From an uncultured Methylophaga sp. (lineage in GTDB: Bacteria; Pseudomonadota; Gammaproteobacteria; GCF-002020875), in assembly GCA_937877715.1 (NCBI GenBank), contig CALEHW010000054.1, forward strand, positions 982 through 64,981: a stretch of 64,000 nt of DNA. The letters run 5' to 3'. Position numbers and translations under genes: made by a program. The notes under the pieces were generated by a model. The model did not search any database. It was not told where the DNA came from and was given only the letters and a program-made list of their open reading frames with translations. Shown in pieces: positions 18,371-28,537 of this stretch (position 1 is its first letter; each line of letters begins with the position of its first letter).

Positions 18371-18754
18371 ATGAGTGAGATTCCGCAGGGGTTGAGATAT
18401 AGCAAGAGTCATGAATGGATAGATGATGATGCAGGTACCGTTACCATCGGTATTACTGATCACGCCCAGGAGTTGCTGGGTGACATCGTGTTTGTTGAGC
18501 TGCCTGAGGTGGGGCAACAGCTAGATCTGGATGGTGAATGTGGTGTGGTTGAGTCAGTCAAGGCTGCCTCGGATATCTATGCCCCACTGGCTGGAGAGAT
18601 TGTCGAGGTCAATGAGGCTCTGATGGATTCACCGGAGCAGGTGAATGATGCCCCATACGAGGCTTGGATTTTCAAGATGAGGCTGAAGAATCCGGCTGAT
18701 CTGGATCAGTTGCTGGATGCGGCAGGATATGCCTCACTGGCTGAGGCAGAGTAG
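18371..18754 (+). CDS. gcvH: Glycine cleavage H protein
   Basis: [15 protein letters not shown], lipoyl motif VESVKAASD. Confidence 0.97.
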   Translation: MSEIPQGLRYSKSHEWIDDDAGTVTIGITDHAQELLGDIVFVELPEVGQQLDLDGECGVVESVKAASDIYAPLAGEIVEVNEALMDSPEQVNDAPYEAWIFKMRLKNPADLDQLLDAAGYASLAEAE

Positions 18755-18776
18755 AGACCATATCAAGGAGCGGTTG

Positions 18777-20165
18777 ATGCCTTTTATTCCTCACACCCAA
18801 GATGAGACCAATGCCATGCTTAAGGCTATTGGTGTCGCCCGAATAGAGGATCTGTTTGCAGAGATCCCACAGGGGCTCCGTGCTGGTAAGGCTGGCCAGG
18901 AGATGGATGGCCAATATCCCGGAATGGGTGAGATGGAGATTGGCCGATTGATGCGTGAGAGGGCTACAGAGGATGACGGGGTGCTCTGTTTCGCGGGTGG
19001 TGGCGCCTACCAACATCACATTCCGGCGGCGGTCTGGGAGCTGACCACGCGCGGGGAGTTTTATACCGCCTACACCCCATATCAGGCAGAGGCGAGCCAG
19101 GGGACGCTACAGCTGCTCTATGAGTACCAGTCGATGATGTCGAGTCTGATGGCAATGGATGTCTCCAATGCCTCACTCTATGATGGGGCATCGGCACTGG
19201 CAGAGGCGATCCTGATGACTGTTCGTGCCAACCGTCGCTCCAAATCAAAACGTATCCTGATCCCCAAAACAGTTAACCCCAACTATCGAAAAGTGGTCCA
19301 TACCCTGGTGCGTCACCAGGGCATTGAGCTGGTAGAGCTGGACTATGATTCTGATAAGGGTGTGGTAGACCCGGCAACACTCAGAGTCGGAGAGGATGAT
19401 GACTACACGGCACTGGTAATTCCTCTTCCCGGTTACTTCGGGACCCTGGAGGATGTACACAGACTGACGGACTGGGCTCATGACCATGGAATGCTGGTCA
19501 TCGGTTGCGTCAACCCGATTGCAGTTGCCCTGTTGAGCCCTCCGGGTGAATGGGGGGAGGAGGGGGCCGATATTGCCTGCGGTGAGGGGCAGCCACTGGG
19601 GATACCGCTCTCCTCTGGAGGCCCCTATTTCGGTTTTCTCTGCTGCCGCAACAAACTGGTAAGACAGCTCCCCGGTCGCCTTATAGGGCAGACCCGTGAT
19701 CTTGAGGATCGTCCTGGCTTTGCACTGACTCTGCAGGCTAGGGAGCAACATATAAGGCGCTCCAAGGCGACGTCAAACATATGTACCAATCAGGGGTTGA
19801 TGGTGACCGCCTCAACAATATTTATGAGTCTGATGGGAACCTCCGGGTTGGAACAGATGGCCACAACCTCGCACCAGAATAGCCACAAGCTTGTTGAGAG
19901 ATTGAGTGCAATCGGTGGCGTGGAGCATCACTTCTCATCACCATTTTTCCATGAGTCGGTTATTACATTGCCAAAACCAGTGGATGAGGTTCTTGCTGCA
20001 CTGGTTTGGCAGGATGTTGTTGGTGGTATATCGCTGCAGCAGAGCTTCCCGGAGCTGGGAAATGCCATGCTGGTATGTGCAACAGAGCTACGCAGTGAGG
20101 CAGAGATAGAGCGTTTTGCAACAGCGCTGGAGAGCGTGCTTGCAGATGGTGAGGAGGTTATCTGA
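18777..20165 (+). CDS. gcvPA: Glycine dehydrogenase subunit 1
   Basis: [35 protein letters not shown]; AAGGAG SD before 18777. Confidence 0.95.
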   Translation: MPFIPHTQDETNAMLKAIGVARIEDLFAEIPQGLRAGKAGQEMDGQYPGMGEMEIGRLMRERATEDDGVLCFAGGGAYQHHIPAAVWELTTRGEFYTAYTPYQAEASQGTLQLLYEYQSMMSSLMAMDVSNASLYDGASALAEAILMTVRANRRSKSKRILIPKTVNPNYRKVVHTLVRHQGIELVELDYDSDKGVVDPATLRVGEDDDYTALVIPLPGYFGTLEDVHRLTDWAHDHGMLVIGCVNPIAVALLSPPGEWGEEGADIACGEGQPLGIPLSSGGPYFGFLCCRNKLVRQLPGRLIGQTRDLEDRPGFALTLQAREQHIRRSKATSNICTNQGLMVTASTIFMSLMGTSGLEQMATTSHQNSHKLVERLSAIGGVEHHFSSPFFHESVITLPKPVDEVLAALVWQDVVGGISLQQSFPELGNAMLVCATELRSEAEIERFATALESVLADGEEVI

Positions 20166-21643
20166 TGTTGATTTTTGAGCGCTCGGAAGAGGGACGTCGC
20201 AATAGTGCACAGAGGGTTATCTCTGGTGGTCAGCAGGGTCAAGATGAGAGGCCGCTGACGGGAATTCCGGAGACCATGAAGAGAGCAACTGCGGCAAGAC
20301 TTCCAGAGCTATCCGAGCTGCAGACTGTGCGTCACTACACCAGGCTCTCCCAGAAGAACTTCTCGATCGATACACACTTCTACCCTCTGGGTTCGTGCAC
20401 CATGAAGTACAATCCGCGTGGTGCCAATACACTTGCGATGCAGACCGGTTTCCTCAATCGTCACCCGGCCGGTGATGCTGCATTGGGGCAGGGGGTGATG
20501 GCCTGCCTCTACGATCTGCAGGAGATTTTGCGAGAGGTTACCGGGATGGAGGCGACCTCGCTGACCCCTGCCGCCGGCGCCCAGGGGGAGTTTGCCGGGG
20601 TTGCAATGATTCGAGCCTACCACGATGCACGGGGGGACAGTGAACGTAGTGAGATTCTGGTTCCCGATGCCGCTCATGGAACCAACCCTGCCTCGGCCGT
20701 AATGTGCGGCTACAAGGTCAGGGAGATTCCGACAGATAAGTCGGGTGATGTAGATGTGGATGCGCTGAGGTCGATTGTTGGCCCCCAGACAGCAGGAATC
20801 ATGCTCACAAATCCGTCTACTCTAGGGGTATTTGAGCGGAGGATTGAGGAGATTGCAGAGATCATGCACCAGGCGGGTGGTCTACTCTATTATGATGGTG
20901 CCAACCTTAACGCAATTCTTGGCAAGACCCGCCCTGGCGACATGGGGTTTGATGTTATTCATATAAATGTTCATAAGACATTCTCGACCCCGCATGGCGG
21001 TGGTGGACCGGGTGCCGGTCCGGTGGTTGCTAACAAGCGGCTGGCCCCATACCTGCCGATCCCCATGGTTGGCAAGTCTGCAGAAGATGGTTGTGAGTAC
21101 TACTGGGTTGAGGAGCAGGAGCGACCAGAGAGTATTGGACGTCTCTCCGCGTGGAGTGGAAATATAGGGGTGCTGCTGCGAGCCTATGTCTACGCAAAGA
21201 TGTTGGGGAGTGTTGGGATGGAGCGGGTGGCCGACTACTCGGTACTCAATGCCAGCTATCTGATGAGGCGGCTGGAGCAAGCCGGCTTTACCCTGGCAAT
21301 TCCAGGGCGACGCGCCACCCACGAGTTTATCGTGACCCTGAAAAAAGAGTCGAAGGATCTCGGAATCTCTGCAATGGACTTTGCCAAGCGCCTGCTGGAC
21401 TATGGTCACCATGCACCAACAACATATTTCCCACTGCTGGTACCGGAGTGTCTATTGATCGAGCCCACCGAGACAGAGGATAGGGAGACCATGGACGCCT
21501 TTGTGGAGGCGATGGTGACAATACTTCGGGAGGCAAAGGAATCCCCTGAGAAGGTCAAGGGTGCCCCATGGACTCTGCCGGTAAGACGTCTGGATGATGT
21601 GCGTGCAGCCAGGGAGCTGGATCTGAACTGGTATAACAGGTAA
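20165..21643 (+). CDS. gcvPB: Glycine dehydrogenase subunit 2
   Basis: [23 protein letters not shown] lysine [14 protein letters not shown]. Confidence 0.96.
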   Translation: MLIFERSEEGRRNSAQRVISGGQQGQDERPLTGIPETMKRATAARLPELSELQTVRHYTRLSQKNFSIDTHFYPLGSCTMKYNPRGANTLAMQTGFLNRHPAGDAALGQGVMACLYDLQEILREVTGMEATSLTPAAGAQGEFAGVAMIRAYHDARGDSERSEILVPDAAHGTNPASAVMCGYKVREIPTDKSGDVDVDALRSIVGPQTAGIMLTNPSTLGVFERRIEEIAEIMHQAGGLLYYDGANLNAILGKTRPGDMGFDVIHINVHKTFSTPHGGGGPGAGPVVANKRLAPYLPIPMVGKSAEDGCEYYWVEEQERPESIGRLSAWSGNIGVLLRAYVYAKMLGSVGMERVADYSVLNASYLMRRLEQAGFTLAIPGRRATHEFIVTLKKESKDLGISAMDFAKRLLDYGHHAPTTYFPLLVPECLLIEPTETEDRETMDAFVEAMVTILREAKESPEKVKGAPWTLPVRRLDDVRAARELDLNWYNR

Positions 21644-21660
21644 CAAGGAGATTTAACAAG

Positions 21661-22593
21661 ATGACAGCGTTGATTTGTGGCTCATATGCCTTTGATCAGA
21701 TTATGGTTTTTCCGGACCGTTTCAAGAACCACATCCTCCCGGAGAAGGTTCACATGTTGAATGTCTCCTTTCTGGTGCCGGAGATGCGGCGGGAATTTGG
21801 AGGGACAGCAGGAAACATTGCCTATAACCTGAATTTATTGGGCGGGGATGGTCTGCCGATGGCAACTATCGGAACCGACTTTACCCCATATCGAGAGTGG
21901 ATGGAGCGGTGTGGTGTTACAACCACCCATCTCCATGAGGTTGAGGAGAGTTACACTGCTCAGGCATTTATAACCACCGATATGGATGATAACCAGATCA
22001 CCGCATTCCATCCTGGCGCAATGAACTCATCTCACCTTAATAATGTGGCTGATGCGACGGGGATCTCGCTGGGTATCGTCTCTCCAGATGGACGGGAGGG
22101 GATGATAGAGCATGCTACCCAGTTTGCCGAGGCAGACATTCCGTTTGTCTTTGATCCCGGCCAGGGGTTACCGATGTTCGGCAAGGAGGACCTGTTGCAA
22201 TTTATTGATCAGGCGACCTGGATTGCAGTCAATGATTATGAGTCTGCCCTGATGCAGGAGCGGACTGGTCTCGGTGTTGCTGAGATTGCCGAGGGGGTGG
22301 ATGCAATGGTTGTTACCCTTGGAGGCAAGGGGTCAGTGATCTATACAGGGGGGCATCGCATAGATATTCCTGCTGTCCCCATGGAGCATGCGGTGGATCC
22401 AACCGGCTGTGGGGATGCCTTCCGCGCAGGACTGCTGTTTGGTCTGATGAATCAGATGGGGTGGAGAACTACGGGGCAGATCGCTTCTCTGATGGGTGCA
22501 ATCAAGATTGGTACCCACGGCACCCAGAACCACCATTTCACCACGGATCAGTTCAAGGAGCACTACCATGCTGCATTTGGTGAGGACTTTTAG
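21661..22593 (+). CDS. PfkB-family kinase (nucleoside/adenosine kinase-like)
   Basis: FGGTAGNIAY, FDPGQ, DPTGCGDAFRAG. Confidence 0.88.
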   Translation: MTALICGSYAFDQIMVFPDRFKNHILPEKVHMLNVSFLVPEMRREFGGTAGNIAYNLNLLGGDGLPMATIGTDFTPYREWMERCGVTTTHLHEVEESYTAQAFITTDMDDNQITAFHPGAMNSSHLNNVADATGISLGIVSPDGREGMIEHATQFAEADIPFVFDPGQGLPMFGKEDLLQFIDQATWIAVNDYESALMQERTGLGVAEIAEGVDAMVVTLGGKGSVIYTGGHRIDIPAVPMEHAVDPTGCGDAFRAGLLFGLMNQMGWRTTGQIASLMGAIKIGTHGTQNHHFTTDQFKEHYHAAFGEDF

Positions 22594-22653
22594 GGTGTAG
22601 AGAGTGATGTCACTAGACGATGGTCTAATTGGAGTATTGAGTCTCTTTATGGT

Positions 22654-22668
22654 ATAAAATACTTTTAT
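22654..22668. promoter_or_regulatory. Candidate LysR autoregulatory box
   Basis: ATAAAA-TAC-TTTTAT dyad containing T-N11-A, ~40 bp upstream of the LysR gene. Confidence 0.5.
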
Positions 22669-22709
22669 CAGGAGCCCCCTGAACGACAGGGAGCCGTAGA
22701 GAAAATATT

Positions 22710-23612
22710 ATGGCAGACCGTAGATTACAAGTTTTCCACACAGTTGCTCGCATGCTCAGTTTTACCAAGGCTGCAGAGTCACTTCACATGACCCAGCCGG
22801 CAGTCACCTTTCAGGTGCGGCAGTTGGAGGACTATTTCAATACCCGTCTGTTTGACCGAACTCATAACCGCATTACCCTGACCGAGGCAGGTGATCGGGT
22901 ATTTGAGTATGCTGAGCGGATTCTTGCCCTCTATAGTGAGATGGATAATGCGGTTCGTGAGATGACCGGAGAGGTCAGCGGGGTGTTGATCGTCGGTGCA
23001 AGTACCACCATTGCCGAGTATATGGTTCCCAATATGTTGGGTAAATTCCATGAAAGACACCCATCAGTAACAGTTCGTCTCAAGGTTGGAAATACCGATA
23101 GTGTAGTCTCCATGGTTGAGAACAACGTGATCGATCTGGGGATTGTGGAGGCACCAGTCTCCAACAAGAAGCTGCAGCTGGATCTCTGTCGGGAGGACGA
23201 GTTGGTGCTTATCATGCCTCCAGACCATCAACTGGCGGAACATGAGACTATCAAGATTGACCAGATCAAGGAGTATCCATATATCTGGCGTGAGGAGGGT
23301 TCGGGGACCAGAGAGGTGGTTCATGACTACCTGACTGAGGCTGGGATCAACCCGGCAGATCTGAATGTCATTATGGAGCTGGGTAGTCCGGAGGCGATCA
23401 AGGGGGCTGTGGAGTCAGGAATAGGTATTACCATCATCTCCATGGCTTCCATCCAGAAGGAGCTACAGCTAGGCACCATCAAGATGGCTCGCCTGGATCC
23501 TCATATGGTGCGCCCATTCTCTTTCGTCCACCAGAAACAGAAGTTTCGTCTGCGTGCCATGGATGAGTTGCTGGAGTTTGCCAAGGATTATTGTGAGGCC
23601 TACAAGACCTAA
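22710..23612 (+). CDS. LysR-family transcriptional regulator (CysL/YeiE-like)
   Basis: HTH SFTKAAESLHMTQPAVTFQVRQLE; GASTTIAEY and REEGSGTRE. Confidence 0.92.
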   Translation: MADRRLQVFHTVARMLSFTKAAESLHMTQPAVTFQVRQLEDYFNTRLFDRTHNRITLTEAGDRVFEYAERILALYSEMDNAVREMTGEVSGVLIVGASTTIAEYMVPNMLGKFHERHPSVTVRLKVGNTDSVVSMVENNVIDLGIVEAPVSNKKLQLDLCREDELVLIMPPDHQLAEHETIKIDQIKEYPYIWREEGSGTREVVHDYLTEAGINPADLNVIMELGSPEAIKGAVESGIGITIISMASIQKELQLGTIKMARLDPHMVRPFSFVHQKQKFRLRAMDELLEFAKDYCEAYKT

Positions 23613-23621
23613 CTCAGGATT

Positions 23622-23978
23622 ATGGATGAATTGAACCAGTTACAGAATATATTTTCTGCACTGGACAGGGATGATCGCCATTCGCTGCTGCGTTATGCAC
23701 AGTTTCTTCAGATTGAGGGGGAGTCGGATAGTCCAACAGAGCCCCCGATAGAGGAGCCGCTGGATCTGCCTCGACCGGAGGAGGAGCATGTGGTGGTGGC
23801 AATCAAACGACTTGCAAAGAGCTATCCGATGTTGAACCATGACCGTCTGTTGAGACAGAGTGCGGATCTTGTGGGTGCGCATCTGGTGAGCGGGAGGCCG
23901 GCAACAGAGGTTATCGACGAGTTGGAGGAGATCTTTCAGGTGCATTACGAGAAATACCGGGCGGAGCGTTACGGATGA
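23622..23978 (+). CDS. Conserved-looking hypothetical protein (118 aa)
   Basis: AGGA SD, in-operon spacing, ATGA overlap with the next gene. Confidence 0.72.
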   Translation: MDELNQLQNIFSALDRDDRHSLLRYAQFLQIEGESDSPTEPPIEEPLDLPRPEEEHVVVAIKRLAKSYPMLNHDRLLRQSADLVGAHLVSGRPATEVIDELEEIFQVHYEKYRAERYG

Positions 23979-25051
23979 AGAATATCCTCGCACACTGGTT
24001 TAAGCGGCAGTTTGACAACAGCCAGCTGGTCATCCTGTTGATTCTATTGGCAGTTCTGTTTGCCGTGGTGCTACTGTTTGGGCAGATTCTGGGACCGGTT
24101 CTGGTGGCCATAGTTCTGGCCTATCTGATGGATACCCCGATTGAGCAGATCAAACGGAGGGGGGTTGGACACAACCTCTCTATCTGGCTGGTCTATCTGA
24201 TCTTTCTGGCCTTTCTGTCCTTTCTGATAGTGGTTCTGTTGCCGCTTCTATCGAGTCAGATTACCCAATTTCTCTCTGCAGTACCGGTAATGGTGCAGAG
24301 TGGAAAAGAGATCATGGCGCAGCTTCCAGAGAGCTACCCAGCCCTGGTAAGTGCGCAACAGTTAAACGAGATTACCAATGCAGCTAGTCGCTCAATGACC
24401 GAGTTTGCGCAACAGGCTCTTGCAAAAACCCTGGGTTATATCCCCGGTATTATCACCGTCTTGATTTATCTGGTACTGGTTCCACTGCTGATATTCTTCA
24501 TGCTCAAGGACAAGAGGGAGCTCTTTTCCTGGTTTACCAGCTTTCTCCCTAGTAATCGCTCACTGGCTGAACAGGTCTGGAGCGAGGTGGACTTGCAGAT
24601 TGGCAACTATATTCGTGGTAAATTCTGGGAGATGTTTATCGTCGGCAGTGTGACTTATATTGCCTTTGTGCTGTTCGATCTGCAGTATGCAGTACTGCTT
24701 GGGGCTCTGGTCGGGCTTTCTGTACTGGTGCCATATGTGGGGGCGACCGTGGTTACGGTACCGGTGGCTGCTGTTGCCTTCTACCAGTTTGGCTGGGGTA
24801 GTGAATTTGGAACGGTAATGCTGGTCTATGGGGTGATCCAGGCGCTGGATGGAAATGTCCTGGTGCCGCTACTATTCTCGGAGGCGGTGAATCTGCATCC
24901 GGTTGCGATTATCGTTGCGGTGCTCTTCTTTGGTGGGGTCTGGGGTTTCTGGGGCGTGTTCTTTGCGATCCCGCTGGCAACCCTAGTAAAGGCAGTGATA
25001 TCAGCCTGGCCAAAACTGGAGCAGTCTCCAGAGACAAGTCTGATTACTTGA
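23975..25051 (+). CDS. AI-2E/PerM-family membrane protein
   Basis: Multi-TM; GNYIRGK, LVPYVGA, QALDGNVLVPLLFSEAVNLHP. Confidence 0.9.
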   Translation: MKNILAHWFKRQFDNSQLVILLILLAVLFAVVLLFGQILGPVLVAIVLAYLMDTPIEQIKRRGVGHNLSIWLVYLIFLAFLSFLIVVLLPLLSSQITQFLSAVPVMVQSGKEIMAQLPESYPALVSAQQLNEITNAASRSMTEFAQQALAKTLGYIPGIITVLIYLVLVPLLIFFMLKDKRELFSWFTSFLPSNRSLAEQVWSEVDLQIGNYIRGKFWEMFIVGSVTYIAFVLFDLQYAVLLGALVGLSVLVPYVGATVVTVPVAAVAFYQFGWGSEFGTVMLVYGVIQALDGNVLVPLLFSEAVNLHPVAIIVAVLFFGGVWGFWGVFFAIPLATLVKAVISAWPKLEQSPETSLIT

Positions 25052-25598
25052 TTGGCTCCAGCAGTCCATCCAGGCTCTGCTCATCACAGAAATCGAGAAA
25101 GTTCTCCCGTAGTTGGGTAATGGACTCCTGTCGGGGTACCCCAAGCACCATATTCAACACGAACATCTGGGTGCCGGTGTGAGGTGCGTGGTGGCTGCTA
25201 GTATTCATCTCCTCTACGTTGATCTGGCGTGAGGAGAAAAAGTCGGCTACCTTGTAGACAATACCGGGATGGTCAATGGAGATAACCTCAACGTGGTATG
25301 GGAGGTGGTCCTGCTTGATGGGTCGGTCTGAGGTTCTTTTGGTGAGAATGGTGAGATCTAGCCTCTCCTGAAATTTTGGCAGGGTGGTCTCGAGGCGGGC
25401 AATGGTGTCCCACTTTCCGGAAACTAGCAGAAGGATGGCAAATTCACCACCCAGCACGGTCATTCTACTATCGACAACATTACCCTTCTGTTCCAGTACG
25501 ATCTTTGATAACTCATTGATAATGCCAGGGCGATCCCTGCCAATTGCAGTTATGACCAAGTTGTCAGTGGATGAATTGGTAGGTGAATTTTTTTCCAT
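25044..25598 (-). CDS. gcvR: Glycine cleavage system regulator GcvR (two ACT domains)
   Basis: LVITAIGRDRPGI, DSRM, DHPGIV; divergent from dapA. Confidence 0.88.
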   Translation of the reverse strand: MEKNSPTNSSTDNLVITAIGRDRPGIINELSKIVLEQKGNVVDSRMTVLGGEFAILLLVSGKWDTIARLETTLPKFQERLDLTILTKRTSDRPIKQDHLPYHVEVISIDHPGIVYKVADFFSSRQINVEEMNTSSHHAPHTGTQMFVLNMVLGVPRQESITQLRENFLDFCDEQSLDGLLEPIK

Positions 25599-25713
25599 TG
25601 CAAAATAACCCTTGAATCAGAGGTTGTTCTCCAAGTATATCTTGTCACTCCCCCTTTGCAGAAGTAACATTTACGGTTTATGGGCAAAACATATTACTGA
25701 AGAGAGAATTGCC

Positions 25714-26592
25714 ATGTTTCAAGGAAGTATGGTGGCCCTGGTCACACCGATGTACCCTGATGGTAGATTGGACTGGGAGTCGCTGGACCGGCTGGTTGAG
25801 TTTCATATAGAGAGTGGTACTGATGCTATTGTTGCAATGGGTACAACCGGTGAGTCGGCTACGCTGAATGAGAAAGAGCATTGTGAGGTTGTTCAGCGGG
25901 TAATTAAGCGAGCTGATGGACGGATTCCGGTGATTGCAGGAACTGGAGCCAACTCGACACAGGAGGCAATTGATCTGACCCGCTGTGCTAGGGAGCAGGG
26001 AGCGGATGCAGCACTGCTGGTTACCCCCTACTACAACAAGCCCACCCAGGAGGGACTCTATCTCCACTACAAGGCGGTTGCAGAGGCGGTTGATATCCAG
26101 CAGATTCTCTACAATGTACCTGGGCGTACAGCGTGTGACATGCTTCCGGAGACAATTGGCAGGCTCTCAAAGATTACAAATATCATCGGGGTCAAGGAGG
26201 CGACCGGTGATCTTGGGAGAATTGAGCCAATTCGTCAACAGAGCGAGGATGATTTCGAGATCTACAGCGGGGATGATTCCACCTGTACCGACTTTATTCT
26301 GCAGGGGGGGCATGGCACCATCTCGGTAACTGCAAATATAGCACCACGACAGATGCACGAGATGTGCCTGGCTGCGATGGCTGGAGATGGTGAAAGGGCA
26401 CACGCCCTGAATGAGTCGCTGAAGCCGCTTCACCGTGACCTCTTTCTCGAGTCCAACCCGATTCCCGTAAAGTGGGGACTATTTGAGATGGGGATGATTG
26501 CAGAGGGAATTCGTCTGCCACTGACTTCTTTATCCGAAAAATATCGATCAGTTATAAGGGAGGCAATCGCCTCTGCCAAGGAGAATAGATGA
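25714..26592 (+). CDS. dapA: 4-hydroxy-tetrahydrodipicolinate synthase
   Basis: MFQGSMVALVTP, GTTGES, LYNVPGRT, KEATG, SGDD, NPIPVK. Confidence 0.97.
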   Translation: MFQGSMVALVTPMYPDGRLDWESLDRLVEFHIESGTDAIVAMGTTGESATLNEKEHCEVVQRVIKRADGRIPVIAGTGANSTQEAIDLTRCAREQGADAALLVTPYYNKPTQEGLYLHYKAVAEAVDIQQILYNVPGRTACDMLPETIGRLSKITNIIGVKEATGDLGRIEPIRQQSEDDFEIYSGDDSTCTDFILQGGHGTISVTANIAPRQMHEMCLAAMAGDGERAHALNESLKPLHRDLFLESNPIPVKWGLFEMGMIAEGIRLPLTSLSEKYRSVIREAIASAKENR

Positions 26593-27731
26593 AGCTGAAT
26601 AACAAACCCCTGCTTTCCTGGTTGTGGATCCTTTTGGGTGTACTCTCACTGACTGCATGTAGTACGGTTGATAAGACAGTAGAGCAATATAAAGCGTACA
26701 AGAAGGAGCTAAGTTATGAGAGCAGTGTGGAGACCAAGCCTCTTGATGTCCCGCCTGATCTTACCAGCTCAATTATTCAGGACCTGTACCGGGTGCCTGG
26801 GGGTGTTGCATCACTAAAAAATTATGAGACAGATAGTGGTGCAGGGGGAGTTATTGCCTCTGCCAACGATGTTCTACCAAAACAGGAAGAGATAAGGGTG
26901 GTCGGTGACGGTCATCAGCGTTGGTTGGTGATCCAGGCAACTCCGGAACAGTTGTGGTCCAAGTTGCGTGAGTTCTGGTTAAAGAATGGCTTCCTGATTG
27001 AGCGTGAGGATCCGCGAGTGGGCATTATGGAGACTGACTGGGCAGAGAACCGTGCAGAGATTGCAGAGGGGCCAATTCGTGGGCTCCTCAGCAAGGCGCT
27101 GGATGCTATCTACTCCACCGGCACCAGGGATAAATTCAGAATTCGTCTGGAGCGCGGTGACCAGGATGGGGTTACCGAACTCTTCCTGAGCCACCGGCGC
27201 ATGGAGGAGGTGGCCTCTGGAGAGAGCTTTGTGTGGCAGCCTCACCCGGCAATGCCTGAGCTGGAGGCCGAGTTACTCATCCGCATAATGTCATTCCTCG
27301 GGATGGAGGCGGCACGAGCCAACACCGCACTCGCCGGTCTGGAGGGTAGGGGGGTCGTTGAGCGTGCCAGGATTGTGGATACTGCAGATGGGGAAAAGTT
27401 TGTCCTGGTCAAGGAAGGCTTCCCTCGCACCTGGCGTCGTACTGGTCACGCCCTGGATCGAGTTGGATTTACTGTTGAGGACCGAAACCGCTCCAAGGGG
27501 CTCTACTATGTCCGTTATATTGACCCCTTTAAGGATAATGAGCAGGAGGGTATCCTCGACAAGCTGAAATTCTGGGATGGTGATGATCAGCCGGTTGAGG
27601 GTGAATATCGGATCCATATTGAATCTCGCAATGATATCAGTCGAATAGTGGTGTTGAATGGAGATGGGCAGCCGGATAATTCTGCGACAGCGCGACGCAT
27701 TCTCGCTCTGCTGCATGAACAGCTAAAGTAA
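26589..27731 (+). CDS. bamC: Outer-membrane assembly lipoprotein BamC
   Basis: Lipobox LTAC, LDVPPDL, GIMETDWAENR; coupled to dapA. Confidence 0.88.
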   Translation: MKLNNKPLLSWLWILLGVLSLTACSTVDKTVEQYKAYKKELSYESSVETKPLDVPPDLTSSIIQDLYRVPGGVASLKNYETDSGAGGVIASANDVLPKQEEIRVVGDGHQRWLVIQATPEQLWSKLREFWLKNGFLIEREDPRVGIMETDWAENRAEIAEGPIRGLLSKALDAIYSTGTRDKFRIRLERGDQDGVTELFLSHRRMEEVASGESFVWQPHPAMPELEAELLIRIMSFLGMEAARANTALAGLEGRGVVERARIVDTADGEKFVLVKEGFPRTWRRTGHALDRVGFTVEDRNRSKGLYYVRYIDPFKDNEQEGILDKLKFWDGDDQPVEGEYRIHIESRNDISRIVVLNGDGQPDNSATARRILALLHEQLK

Positions 27732-27736
27732 CTGAG

Positions 27737-28519
27737 ATGGTAACAACCCGGTTGAGGTTTGCCTCGTTGGGCAGTGGCAGTAGGGGCAATGGCACCCTGT
27801 TTGAAATGGGAGGGACCACTATCCTTGTTGATTGTGGCTTCTCATTGAGACAGACAGAGGCTAGATTGCAGCGGTTGGGTAAATCTCTGCAGGATATTGA
27901 TGCAATTGTGGTGACCCATGAGCATGGTGACCATCTTGGTGGGGTACGCCGCGCTGCCAGCAAGGGCGGGATTCCGGTCTGGATGACTGCAGGGACTGCC
28001 AGTGAGGCAGAGCGTAGGCATGGACTGTTTGACTCCGTTCGCATTATCGGTGGGCATGAGCGCTTCTCCATAGATGGGATTGAGATCAACCCATTCCATG
28101 TTTTACACGATGCCAGTGAACCGGTTCAGTTTACCTTCAGTAATGGGGGGTGCACGGTTGGCCTGTTGACTGATCTGGGTGAGGTTACCCCCCATATTGA
28201 GCGTCAGCTTGGGGGGTGTGATGCTCTGCTGCTGGAGTGCAATCATGATCCAGAGCTGTTGGCCGCTGGCTCCTACCCCATCTTTCTGCAGAAGAGGGTG
28301 GCAGGTCGCTTGGGACATCTGAGCAACCGGCAGGCAGCAGTACTGCTGAAAAAGATTGATACCTCAAGGTTGCAACATCTGGCTGTGATGCATATGAGTG
28401 AGAAGAATAATCGTGAAGAGCTGGCGGCAAGCTCTATTTGTGGTGCTCTGGGATGTGAACGGGAGTGGATATCGATTGCAACCCAGCAGGATGGGCTGGG
28501 CTGGAGAGAGATTGTCTGA
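27737..28519 (+). CDS. MBL-fold metallo-hydrolase (YycJ-like)
   Basis: SLGSGSRGN, THEHGDH, HDA, ECNHD, GHLSN. Confidence 0.9.
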   Translation: MVTTRLRFASLGSGSRGNGTLFEMGGTTILVDCGFSLRQTEARLQRLGKSLQDIDAIVVTHEHGDHLGGVRRAASKGGIPVWMTAGTASEAERRHGLFDSVRIIGGHERFSIDGIEINPFHVLHDASEPVQFTFSNGGCTVGLLTDLGEVTPHIERQLGGCDALLLECNHDPELLAAGSYPIFLQKRVAGRLGHLSNRQAAVLLKKIDTSRLQHLAVMHMSEKNNREELAASSICGALGCEREWISIATQQDGLGWREIV

Positions 28520-28537
28520 TGATAACGGGAATTCGAT

